DNA of 64,000 bases from an uncultured Alphaproteobacteria bacterium (GTDB lineage: Bacteria; Pseudomonadota; Alphaproteobacteria; RF32; CAG-239): positions 214-64,213 of the forward strand of contig CALXZJ010000005.1 of NCBI GenBank assembly GCA_944393235.1. Reading direction: 5' to 3'. Each line of letters begins with the position of its first letter. Position 1 is the first letter of the stretch. Both the position numbers and the translations under genes were made by a program. This document shows positions 44,462 to 53,626 of this stretch, piece after piece. The notes under the pieces were generated by a model. That model had not been told where the DNA came from. It made no database searches and worked only from the letters and a program-made list of their open reading frames with translations.

Positions 44462-45307
44462 ATGAAATATCCATTGTATGAAAAAGCGAAAGAATTATTA
44501 TATTCCGAATATCATAAAAATTTTGAAATTGTCAAAGACAGTCCGTATCACAAACGGTATGTTGATGAAAAAATCAGACATTCTTTGCAGGTTTCCGGCG
44601 CCGGAAACGGTATCTTAAAACATGAAGCATATTTCCAAAATCGTTCGTCGGAATTTATTGATATTGCTAAAACAGCTATCTTATTGCATGATATTTTCAG
44701 ATTTAGCGAAGTGCGCATTTTGTATGAAAGCGGTGAAAGAATTGACCACGGTGTCAGGGGGTCGGAATTTCTGCAACAATTTCCGGAATTTAACAATATT
44801 CTGATTACTTTGCCGATTAAACATCATGGTCACATGATTGAAGCGCTTTATGAAGATGAACAATATCAGAACATTAAAGATGAACAACTTAAAGAAGATG
44901 TCAAACATATTGCCTTTGCCGTGCGCGATGCTGATAAAATTGCCAACTGGCAAATTGTTACTCAAGAATTTGATTTTGTGAAAAAAGTATGGTTGCCTTT
45001 TCCGGAAGATGATTCGAAAGAACAAGGCATTATACCGCCGGAAGCTTGGGCGTATTTTGCAAAACATGAAATTGTTCCGCATGGTGTGGTAAAAGTTAAG
45101 ACAAATGCCAGTGAAGCGTTGTCGATGTTATGCTGGTTGTTTGATATAAATTATCAATATTCGGTTTATTATTGTTGTCGTCTAGATTTGTTTAGCGGAT
45201 TTTTGCGGCTGTTTAAACAAATTAAAGTTGATGAAGAAAATATTTCTGCCATTAAAGAAATTGTGCAAGATTATTGCAAGCAAAAATTTAATATGGATAT
45301 TTTGTGA
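44462..45307 (+). CDS. HD-domain phosphohydrolase (YfbR / 5'-deoxynucleotidase-like), AT-rich gene
   Basis: H..HD..H..HH..D motif set (RHSLQV, LLHDIF, DHGVRG, KHHGH, RDADKI). 281 aa. Confidence 0.6.
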   Translation: MKYPLYEKAKELLYSEYHKNFEIVKDSPYHKRYVDEKIRHSLQVSGAGNGILKHEAYFQNRSSEFIDIAKTAILLHDIFRFSEVRILYESGERIDHGVRGSEFLQQFPEFNNILITLPIKHHGHMIEALYEDEQYQNIKDEQLKEDVKHIAFAVRDADKIANWQIVTQEFDFVKKVWLPFPEDDSKEQGIIPPEAWAYFAKHEIVPHGVVKVKTNASEALSMLCWLFDINYQYSVYYCCRLDLFSGFLRLFKQIKVDEENISAIKEIVQDYCKQKFNMDIL

Positions 45308-45311
45308 TATG

Positions 45312-45345
45312 AAAAAGCCCCGTTTTAACGGGGCTTGAATTTTTA
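45312..45345. terminator. Bidirectional terminator between the HD gene and nusG
   Basis: Hairpin aaagccccg-ttttaa-cggggcttt. Confidence 0.6.
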
Positions 45346-45879
45346 TGCTTTGACTTTTTCCACTTGGGAAAATTCCAGCTCAACCGGCGTGTAACGGCCG
45401 AAAATAGAAACCGAAACTTTCAAACGTGATTTTTCGCTGTCAACTTCTTCAACCACGCCGACAAAAGAGGCAAACGGACCATCGGTGACGCGGATTTGCT
45501 CGCCGATTTCAAAATCAACCACGGTTTGCGGACGTTCAATACCTTCTTCCATTTGTTTGATAATGCGTTCAGCCTCGGCATCGCTGATTGGCTGCGGTTT
45601 GTTGCGGCTGCCTAAAAACCCGCTGACGCGTGGCGTGTTTTTAACCACATGCCAACATTCGTCCGACATTTCCATTTTAACCAAAATATAGCCGGGGAAA
45701 AACTTGTGTTCAGCATTGACTTTGGCGCCTTTTTTGATTTCCACCACTTTTTCGGTCGGAACCAAAACGTCCAAAATCTTATCTTCCATTTTTTTCAAAA
45801 CGGCTTGTTCTTTCAAAGATTCCGCAACCTTTTTTTCTGATCCGGAATAAACGTTAACGACATACCAGCGTGCGGCCAT
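45343..45879 (-). CDS. nusG: Transcription termination/antitermination factor NusG
   Basis: 178 aa with NGN and KOW domains. MAARWYVVNVYSGSEKKV. Confidence 0.9.
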   Translation of the reverse strand: MAARWYVVNVYSGSEKKVAESLKEQAVLKKMEDKILDVLVPTEKVVEIKKGAKVNAEHKFFPGYILVKMEMSDECWHVVKNTPRVSGFLGSRNKPQPISDAEAERIIKQMEEGIERPQTVVDFEIGEQIRVTDGPFASFVGVVEEVDSEKSRLKVSVSIFGRYTPVELEFSQVEKVKA

Positions 45880-45882
45880 AAC

Positions 45883-46077
45883 TTATGCTCCCAAACCCAA
45901 GATTAAGCGGACAGCCCAACCTAAAATGACGTCAACAAAAAAGAAAAATATGGCAGCAATTGCCACAATGATGATAACCATCGCGCTGACGTGCGAAACT
46001 TCTTTTTTGGTCGGCCAGGTAATCTTTTTGACTTCTTGACGAACCTGTCTGAAAAACTGTATCGGACTGACTTTCAC
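45883..46077 (-). CDS. secE: Preprotein translocase subunit SecE (single-TM form)
   Basis: VKKITWPTKKEVSHVSAMVII aligns with the E. coli SecE C-terminal segment. A TTGACA-17-TATTGT candidate promoter lies about 120 bp upstream. Confidence 0.75.
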   Translation of the reverse strand: MKVSPIQFFRQVRQEVKKITWPTKKEVSHVSAMVIIIVAIAAIFFFFVDVILGWAVRLILGLGA

Positions 46078-46263
46078 CTTGGTATCCTATCTTAAAAAAT
46101 TGTTTTTTCTTTATTCCAACATTTAACACCGCATGTATAAACAAGCGGCGCAAAATATTGCGCTTGTTGCCGCCACAATATTAAATTATTTTCGCTCTGT
46201 CAATAGCTAACTTGTGTTTTTGTTAGTGCTTATAGCAATCGAATTTGCCGGGTTCTTTACATT

Positions 46264-47433
46264 TTAACTTCCGGTTTGCTTTTGTTGATGAAAATCTCTT
46301 GCTACAAGAAAAATTTCTTCTCTGAATTTTTTGCCGTTTTGTTTCATTTTGGCAAAAGCAATGGTTTCTTTTTGCCGCATTATCGGGTCATCACTTAATA
46401 TTAAAGTTTCAATCGGGGGTAAAGGAGTGAAGCCGGTATCTTGCAACAATGAATTTTTTATGCCGTTTTTCAGAATGGTTTTGGAAAAATGTGCCAATAG
46501 TTTTCCATTTGGCGTTTGTTCGTGGCCATTAAACGAAACATTGTTATGTTCATTTCCATTAATCAAGACCGGACCACAATCTGTCCATTTATATTTTTGC
46601 TTAACTAGAAATAGGTTTCCTTGTTTGCCCGGGAAATAACATGGTTTTAAGTCAAACCAACGGTTGTTTTTTATTTTGTCGGCATCTTTATCTTCTTCGG
46701 CATAAAAACGACGTATTTCTTCCCTTTTTCGCATATTAATGTAATGGTCAAAAAAATTGCCTTTTTGCGGTATACCGTAATCATAAGCTGATTGGAAACT
46801 GACGAACTGGGATTTGGATATTCCCAAAGGACATGCCGGCGCAAGTGCGACAATAAGCAATTGCGATTGTATCTTTTTTCTATCTTGTTCGCTATATCCC
46901 AACTCTTTCATGGCGGCTTGCATTTTTTCTTCTAATTTTAAAGCTGTATAAGCACCATGGCAATGTGCAACGATGTTTAATTTTCTTATTCTTTTGCAAG
47001 CCTCCTCGGTGGCTAATTTCCCTTTTTTGTTGTGCAAGGTTATGCGCGGCAATATGGCCTTTTCAAACAGTTCATCTACATATTTAGGATTATGTTCCTC
47101 ATCGGTTGCTTCTGATAAAGTGTTATCAATTTTGGTATTTTCTACCAAAACTTCCGTATGATGTTTGATGTTAGCAACTTTTCTGGCAACTGACTTTTTG
47201 TGTCCTTGGAAATCATATTTAATGCTGTAGACCGGAATATCGGGATTTATTTCGCTTAGTATCTCATTTTTAATAATCTTGGCGTATCCGTTGGCAGCTT
47301 CATCTGAAGTGGCGCCGTCACCGCCTAGATAAAGCACGCAAACCTCATCTTTAGGAATAGAATCAACTTTCACATAGCCATAAGGATTATCTTCTGTTTT
47401 ATCGGTTCTCTTTCCAATTTCTATTGATGACAT
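46264..47433 (-). CDS. Hypothetical protein, possible alpha/beta-hydrolase fold with a Cys nucleophile
   Basis: VLYLGGDGAT (oxyanion-hole-like) and a nucleophile-elbow-like NIVAHCHGAYTAL (Sm-x-Cys-x-Sm). AT-rich. Sits between secE and the island attL. Confidence 0.4.
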   Translation of the reverse strand: MSSIEIGKRTDKTEDNPYGYVKVDSIPKDEVCVLYLGGDGATSDEAANGYAKIIKNEILSEINPDIPVYSIKYDFQGHKKSVARKVANIKHHTEVLVENTKIDNTLSEATDEEHNPKYVDELFEKAILPRITLHNKKGKLATEEACKRIRKLNIVAHCHGAYTALKLEEKMQAAMKELGYSEQDRKKIQSQLLIVALAPACPLGISKSQFVSFQSAYDYGIPQKGNFFDHYINMRKREEIRRFYAEEDKDADKIKNNRWFDLKPCYFPGKQGNLFLVKQKYKWTDCGPVLINGNEHNNVSFNGHEQTPNGKLLAHFSKTILKNGIKNSLLQDTGFTPLPPIETLILSDDPIMRQKETIAFAKMKQNGKKFREEIFLVARDFHQQKQTGS

Positions 47434-47587
47434 CGCTTAGTTCCTTAAATACAGCCACAACTCTATTAGATATATCATAAATATGCACCAAAATCAATAT
47501 ATTTAGATCTTTGAACACGTCTTACGTCTGCCTGATTAAGCGCTTGTTTTAAAAAGAAAAAGACGCTTTCAGCGTCTTCATCTTGAG

Positions 47588-47604
47588 TGGCAGGGGCAGT
47601 AAGA
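47588..47604. repeat. attL: 17-bp direct repeat identical to the tRNA-Trp 3' end
   Basis: tggcaggggcagtaaga, exact match to 53627-53643. Confidence 0.65.
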
Positions 47605-48005
47605 CCCCCTGCTATATTTTCTATAACTCATTGTTATAAAATTTTATTTTTTTCAAAATAAAGCCATTTTTACACATCTTGTGTAACACCATAATGAACA
47701 CCTTATACCCCTTCATTTCCAAAGCGTCAAGAGCAAATTTTCAATATAAAATTTCACAATTACAAAATTTAATTGATAAAGAATAAATAAAATTGAGTAT
47801 TTTATTTTTGTATTTTGGCCAGAATATGAAGTAAAATATCTCTGTGCTGATGATTTTATGGAATGTCAATCATCAGCAGACATTCCAAATAAAAGATTTA
47901 TTGCGATGGTGTTGTTTATTCGCCCATACAAGATAAATCTTCAAAAAAACTACAAACAAGCGATAAACCATCGCTATTATAAACTATTACCCAAAGGAAA
48001 TTATT

Positions 48006-48416
48006 ATGAAAATATTTATGACATTTAACCCACATATAGAAAATTTATCACAAAGAAATTTAATGATAAATTTTAGAAAATCACTTCAAAAATATTATAG
48101 AAAAACACTTGGCTCACGCTATTATAAACACAAAGACAAACAATATCAAATAGGTGTGTTTCAAGAAGTAGGGTCTAGGGACTTCAAACAACCACATTTA
48201 CATATCATCATTGATTTACCACTAAACAAGGTCAAAGAACTACACCACTTTTTAAGTAACGACCTTAAAAACATTTATCCATCACTAACCACAGATTGCC
48301 AAATTATCAAATCTGGCAAATATGACGAGCAAAATGTTTATGCTTATTGCCTAAAAGAGGGGCAATCTATCACGACAAATTCAGACCTATATTTGCCAAT
48401 TACAGATTTTAATTGA
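48006..48416 (+). CDS. Small HUH-endonuclease (Rep-like) protein
   Basis: Motif I-like FMTFNP, motif II HLHIIID (HUH), motif III YAYCLKEG (YxxK). AAGGAAA RBS. 136 aa. Confidence 0.45.
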   Translation: MKIFMTFNPHIENLSQRNLMINFRKSLQKYYRKTLGSRYYKHKDKQYQIGVFQEVGSRDFKQPHLHIIIDLPLNKVKELHHFLSNDLKNIYPSLTTDCQIIKSGKYDEQNVYAYCLKEGQSITTNSDLYLPITDFN

Positions 48417-48439
48417 TAAATACATAAAAAGGAGAATAT

Positions 48440-48913
48440 ATGAATTTAGAGAAAAACGCCATAAATGACCGCATAGAAGCAATAATGAAAGATAATAAGG
48501 TAATCAACGACAAATTAAAATATACCTCACCAGAGAGCTTAAAAAAGGCGTTAAAAGATAAAAAAGCCAAAAACATCGACGAATTACGCAAAGAAAGAAC
48601 TAAACGCTATAATTTAGAGCAAGAAGAAGATGCCGAATTTATTAGAGAATGCTGTCAATATCTTCAAAAATTAGGGATAGTAAAAAGTCAAAGGCAATTC
48701 AGCCAGCAATTTTTAGAAAAAAGCCAAGATTATTTGGGTATGTTGATTTGTGAAAGAAGACAACCACCAATTAACATTTTACACCGACTTATTCAAAATT
48801 TGATTCAAATTCAGCCAATTTATGAAGAAAAATATACCATCAGCAATTATTTAGATATGTTAATTAACCGAGGTAATCAAATAATCACAAAAAAATTACT
48901 AAAATATCTATAA
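48440..48913 (+). CDS. Putative HTH DNA-binding regulator
   Basis: C-terminal HTH-like segment SQRQFSQQFLEKSQDYLGMLICERRQPP. Coiled-coil N-terminus. AAGGAG RBS. Confidence 0.45.
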   Translation: MNLEKNAINDRIEAIMKDNKVINDKLKYTSPESLKKALKDKKAKNIDELRKERTKRYNLEQEEDAEFIRECCQYLQKLGIVKSQRQFSQQFLEKSQDYLGMLICERRQPPINILHRLIQNLIQIQPIYEEKYTISNYLDMLINRGNQIITKKLLKYL

Positions 48914-48982
48914 TTAACACCTACTTTTGATTTTTGTTAATTGATGAATTTTGATTTTTATAAAAAAAATTAAGGATTGAAA

Positions 48983-49168
48983 ATGGAAATAATCAGAGCA
49001 TATCAGCAACTAATGACACATAATAAAAAATATTCATATCTACAAAGCGATGGTAAAATAGTGTTTAATCAAAATTGGGCTTGGATTGTAGTATTCCAAG
49101 CACTAAACAAACACAATTTCGCCATTGTTAAATTTTTTAATGGTTGTTATTCCATAGTTGAAATTTAG
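48983..49168 (+). CDS. Small hypothetical protein (61 aa)
   Basis: AAGGA RBS before ATG (MEIIRAYQQ). Confidence 0.3.
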   Translation: MEIIRAYQQLMTHNKKYSYLQSDGKIVFNQNWAWIVVFQALNKHNFAIVKFFNGCYSIVEI

Positions 49169-49242
49169 AAATTTAATCTCTTTTATTTTTTGTAAAACGA
49201 TGATACAATAAATTCATAATTAGTTCATTAAGGAGAATAATT

Positions 49243-49803
49243 ATGTCAAATGACAGAGATAATCAATTACGACAGTTAAGAGGATTAGAGACAACAAGCG
49301 AGCATAGAGCATGTTTTGATGAATTTGGCAGGATTATCAGAGAAAACAAACCTAAAAAGAACAAAATAACATATCAGGTTGAAAATGATGCTAAAATAGA
49401 GTTAGTTCTTGATGAACACACAAAGACCTGTATGGTAAAATGTCAAAATAAAATGTATCCATTATTTGATGAACAAAACGGCAAGGCAGAGTTTGTTGAT
49501 AATACAGGAAAAACTATTGATTATGATTCACGAATTCCTGTCAAAGAAGGGGAAGAACCTATTAGAGAAGAAATAAATGGAAAATCCATAATTAAATTTG
49601 GAAAGAATCACGAATATACAATCCCTTTTGAAAGCCAAAATGGTGAATATTATACTCAAATGAAATATGAAAAAGGAGGAACAATAAATATTGATTTCCC
49701 AGGACAAACAGGGTTTAAAAATGAACTAAATAAACATAAAAACACGGCATTAGATGCTATGTTCGCAGCAAAAATTAGAGAAGCAATGAAACGCCAATCT
49801 TAA
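49243..49803 (+). CDS. Hypothetical island cargo protein (186 aa)
   Basis: AAGGAG RBS. No recognisable motif. Confidence 0.4.
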   Translation: MSNDRDNQLRQLRGLETTSEHRACFDEFGRIIRENKPKKNKITYQVENDAKIELVLDEHTKTCMVKCQNKMYPLFDEQNGKAEFVDNTGKTIDYDSRIPVKEGEEPIREEINGKSIIKFGKNHEYTIPFESQNGEYYTQMKYEKGGTINIDFPGQTGFKNELNKHKNTALDAMFAAKIREAMKRQS

Positions 49804-49847
49804 ATCTAACTTTTACTAAAAAAATATATCATCAAAAGGAAAAAATC

Positions 49848-50372
49848 ATGAAACTCTATCACTATATCGCAAAACCCAATACAGCATTAAAAGAAGGGAT
49901 TTTATCATTTGCTAAAAACAAATATGCTGATTTGAATTATTATTATAAACGTAGCGGAGAAACAACTCACGATGGTATTGTAAAATGGATGGAAAGCTGT
50001 TTTGAAGGACGTAGTCGCGGGATACGAGGATTTTCCGAACCAGTTAAATGGACAGACAAAAGCTTATCACTAAAAGATTTTATTGATAATGCAGATATGT
50101 TTTCAATTGATTTAGATGCACTACATAAAGATGGTTTAATAGAAGCTGTATATTTTAGCCCCTCTGTTATGAATGTCCCCACAATGAAAGAAGCAAGGGA
50201 CTGTGATGAACTTCTGATAAAATTATATGATTATACAGAAATAAGTAGCAAACCTATTGATTGGAATGTGTGTAATGATGAATTAGGTCGTCGCTTTGCA
50301 TATGTTCCTTATTATATCATTATCATAAAAGGGGGTGTTATACCGCCTAAATATATAACAAAAGAAAATTAG
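49848..50372 (+). CDS. Hypothetical island cargo protein (174 aa)
   Basis: AAAGGAAAA RBS. No recognisable motif. Confidence 0.4.
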   Translation: MKLYHYIAKPNTALKEGILSFAKNKYADLNYYYKRSGETTHDGIVKWMESCFEGRSRGIRGFSEPVKWTDKSLSLKDFIDNADMFSIDLDALHKDGLIEAVYFSPSVMNVPTMKEARDCDELLIKLYDYTEISSKPIDWNVCNDELGRRFAYVPYYIIIIKGGVIPPKYITKEN

Positions 50373-50418
50373 TATAGAAACATCTAATTCTTAAAACAAA
50401 AGGCGGTTTAAATCCGCC

Positions 50419-50967
50419 TTATTTTTCGATATAACTATATACAGTTGGTCTTGTTATTTCAAATTTTCTCGCAATTTCAGCAACGGCAACACCATTTTTA
50501 TATAAATTGTTTAATTCTATTACTTGTTCATCAGATAATTTATTTTTACCACCTTTATATTTTCCTTTCGCTTTTGCCAAAGCGACACCTTCTCTAACTC
50601 TATCATTGATTAAAGAACGCTCCAAAGAACTAACAGCAGCTAACATCGTCATCATCATTTCTTGATATGGGTCTTTTTTATCTGGCGAGAAAGTTAAATT
50701 TTCTTTATGGAACTTAATTGTTGCTCCAATATTGTTTATTTCTTCAACAATATTTAACAAATCACGAGTATTTCTCGCCAATCTATCCATAGAATGAACA
50801 TTAACAACATCACCGGCACGCAAATTTGACAACATTGCTTCTAATTGAGGACGCTCTCTATTTTTACCAGATAATTTATCTTCATATTCTCTATCACAAG
50901 GAACATCAATTAACTGTCTTTCGGTAGATTGGATTAAAGTTGAAACTCTTTTATAATTAAAAATCAT
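50419..50967 (-). CDS. Serine recombinase (resolvase/DNA invertase family)
   Basis: N-terminal YKRVSTLIQ catalytic Ser motif and a C-terminal HTH (VAEIARKFEITRPTVYSYIEK). 182 aa. Confidence 0.85.
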   Translation of the reverse strand: MIFNYKRVSTLIQSTERQLIDVPCDREYEDKLSGKNRERPQLEAMLSNLRAGDVVNVHSMDRLARNTRDLLNIVEEINNIGATIKFHKENLTFSPDKKDPYQEMMMTMLAAVSSLERSLINDRVREGVALAKAKGKYKGGKNKLSDEQVIELNNLYKNGVAVAEIARKFEITRPTVYSYIEK

Positions 50968-51020
50968 TTTTAAAATTCCTTAAATGTAAAATCAATATCT
51001 TTAATATGACTTTACAATAT

Positions 51021-51073
51021 ATAAAAAGTGTAAAATTGTCAAGTATTTTATGTTAGATTTTACACTTTTTTAT
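51021..51073. promoter_or_regulatory. Inverted-repeat site immediately upstream of the serine recombinase gene
   Basis: 16-bp arms ataaaaagtgtaaaat / attttacactttttat (one extra T), separated by 20 bp. Confidence 0.35.
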
Positions 51074-51271
51074 AATTAAATTTGATTATAGTTTAATTTT
51101 ACAAGCACTTGAGCAACTTTTGAATAATCAGATTTAACAAAAAAGCATAATAAAACTATAATATAACTATTCTTTAACCATATATGTGTATAAAACTAAT
51201 ACAATAATTGACATTAAAAATATAATATATCCATAATTTAACATCATTAACATATATACGGAGAATAAAAA

Positions 51272-51724
51272 ATGGCTGAAAATTCTAATTCAAACAATAA
51301 AAAAACAACATTAAACTTCACAGGTCTTGATATGAATGTAGAAAAAGCAAATGTTTTTAACGCAAAAGTTAATTCAATCAAGGCAAAAATCGCCGATAGT
51401 ATTCAAAAAAATCTCAATTATGAAAACAGTATCGAAAATAAATCTGCTCCAGCATCTCAATTATCGCCATCTATGCGTATTTTGAAGGATAGCGGAGATT
51501 ACACTGTAATTACCTTGCGTTGCGGTGCTTATCCAATTTTTAAGAACACAACTAAAAAAAGCGAATACACACACACTAAAATTTTGTCTTCATTAAAATC
51601 AATGCTTGATGAAGGACAATTTGATGAAGAAATAAAGGCATACGCCAAGAAAAAACGCACCAGAAAATCAAACGAAGATGAAACAGAAGAAAATTCATCT
51701 AAAAACAAAACAAAGAAAAAATAA
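51272..51724 (+). CDS. Lys/Asn-rich hypothetical protein (150 aa)
   Basis: GGAG RBS. Basic C-terminal tail KKKRTRK...KNKTKKK suggests nucleic-acid binding. Confidence 0.4.
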   Translation: MAENSNSNNKKTTLNFTGLDMNVEKANVFNAKVNSIKAKIADSIQKNLNYENSIENKSAPASQLSPSMRILKDSGDYTVITLRCGAYPIFKNTTKKSEYTHTKILSSLKSMLDEGQFDEEIKAYAKKKRTRKSNEDETEENSSKNKTKKK

Positions 51725-51756
51725 TATATAATATTAAAGGGGGACAAATTCCCCCT

Positions 51757-53520
51757 TTATTTAATTTTATTTTTCGCTGCGATTTTATCAATATTCTTAT
51801 TTAAAAAAGGATATTTCAATTTAGATAATTCGCTATATAATTTTTTGATTGAAACATTACCGCCATAAGTCCGTTCTCCCTCATCATCACCAATCCATCC
51901 ACATAATAAATTTTGATATTCTTTTGAAATTCCGGCATCTCTCAAATAAGGTTTAACCGTATGACGGAACGAATGAAACACCTTTGAGCGACTATCTATC
52001 CCGATTTTTTTCAAATACCTACCAAACCATTGACTAATAGCCTGAATATAGTGATTTTTTACACTATAATTGAGTTGATAAAACAACCTGTCTTGATGTT
52101 TATTATTTACTTTAACCTCTCGAACTTTGTTAGCATATTCAATAATACCTAATTCAAGTAATTTCGAATGAATAGGCACCAATCTTTTTGATTGAGAATT
52201 TTTAATATGCTGGTCTTTTCGTTCATCTGATATATCAAAATACCATACACCTTTACTAACCTTTATATCATCAAGATATAATTGACAGATTTCGTTCAAC
52301 CTCATTCCAGAATACAAAGCCATCAATGGTATCCAATAACGATACGAATATTTTATATCCATAACACGAGGATATGTTAAAGGGTCAAAAATTTTCTTCA
52401 ATTCATCTTTTGTAAATGGCTCAATAGAAATAACCTCTTTTCTTTTGGTTATTTTGATATCGCCCTGAAAACTATCAGGAATATATCTATTGTCTTTACA
52501 GAATATCATAAATTCCTTGAAAATACGCAAATATTTTTTGACAGAACTCAAAGAAATAGCATCATCATTCTTTTTTGACAATAAATCTGATAATTTTTGC
52601 CCCTTATAGCGTTCTTTCCATTTTTTAGGTATATTATACACGCTACGCACCACCTTCTGACAATCCTTATATGTTATGCTCTCAACATACTTTTTACCAA
52701 TAATTTCAAAAATTGTTTCAAGGCACTGCTGATTTTGTCTGATGGTATTTTCACCTGTGCGATTATTAAATTTTTCCAAAGCAAACTCATCAAAAACTTT
52801 ACTCCAAAGAGTAGATACAGTCGGTCGCCTTGCTTTTTCATTCTGTTCAGCTTGTATAATATCCAAACATCTTTTGACTCTTGGGTTTATACTTCGGTCA
52901 AGTTCTATATTTTGCTCGATACAATGTATCTTATCTAAAATGTATTTCTCAACACCGGTAAGAGCCGTTTTTATTTTTCGAATATCTTCACTTGGATTTT
53001 GTTTATCCTCAATAACAGGAATTTTCTCTTTCTGAATTTTTTCTATTTGTTTCTTTAATGACTTGTGCGTTCTTTCATCATTTAAAGTGTCGTTGAAATA
53101 TTCATTTACAGCCAACTCTACACATTTTAATTCGTGTTGCTCTATATTTGCTTCGTCTGTGTCTCTGTTGAAAATAAGCATATCTTGATAATCAAATTTG
53201 CGATTCTCAATTTCATCAAAATAATTTTCAAATGTTTCTTCAACCAGCTTCAATTTATTGATAACTATTTTATCAATATCTTCGGAAGCAAATATTATCT
53301 GCTTATTTTTTATCTTCATATCCAGAGACCTCAATAGGTTAATCGCTATATCAACCTTATAACTCTCTTTTCTCACTTTTTCCAGTGCTTCATAGTAGTT
53401 ATTCGTCTTTAACGAATACCAGAACTGTGTTTTATGAGTTAAATACACCAAGCTATTAGGGATTCGTGCCCGTAAGTAGTATGTATGATTTCTGCGAACT
53501 AACCTATTATGCCCATTCAT
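51757..53520 (-). CDS. Tyrosine recombinase (phage-type integrase), 587 aa
   Basis: C-terminal catalytic region with HSFRHTV (HxxR) and a downstream Tyr. Adjacent to the tRNA-Trp 3' end. Confidence 0.85.
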   Translation of the reverse strand: MNGHNRLVRRNHTYYLRARIPNSLVYLTHKTQFWYSLKTNNYYEALEKVRKESYKVDIAINLLRSLDMKIKNKQIIFASEDIDKIVINKLKLVEETFENYFDEIENRKFDYQDMLIFNRDTDEANIEQHELKCVELAVNEYFNDTLNDERTHKSLKKQIEKIQKEKIPVIEDKQNPSEDIRKIKTALTGVEKYILDKIHCIEQNIELDRSINPRVKRCLDIIQAEQNEKARRPTVSTLWSKVFDEFALEKFNNRTGENTIRQNQQCLETIFEIIGKKYVESITYKDCQKVVRSVYNIPKKWKERYKGQKLSDLLSKKNDDAISLSSVKKYLRIFKEFMIFCKDNRYIPDSFQGDIKITKRKEVISIEPFTKDELKKIFDPLTYPRVMDIKYSYRYWIPLMALYSGMRLNEICQLYLDDIKVSKGVWYFDISDERKDQHIKNSQSKRLVPIHSKLLELGIIEYANKVREVKVNNKHQDRLFYQLNYSVKNHYIQAISQWFGRYLKKIGIDSRSKVFHSFRHTVKPYLRDAGISKEYQNLLCGWIGDDEGERTYGGNVSIKKLYSELSKLKYPFLNKNIDKIAAKNKIK

Positions 53521-53626
53521 CTAACTTTGCTCCTGTGATACACCTTGGTGATACACAGGCAAAAATGGCATTTTTTGTAAATATTAAAAAAAATTATAGC
53601 CCAACTTCAATGAGTTAGGCTAAATA

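Larger units (their letters stand above)
47605..53626. mobile_element. tRNA-Trp-integrated genomic islet / integrative element (about 6 kb)
   Basis: Bounded by exact 17-bp direct repeats. Integrase abuts the tRNA. Strongly AT-rich by eye. Carries a serine recombinase, an HUH Rep-like protein, an HTH protein and five unknown ORFs, each with a canonical RBS. Confidence 0.7.

Noticed and set aside
47605-53626. Prophage
   Set aside because: Only about 6 kb, with no capsid, portal, terminase, tail or lysis genes. Better described as a small integrative islet.
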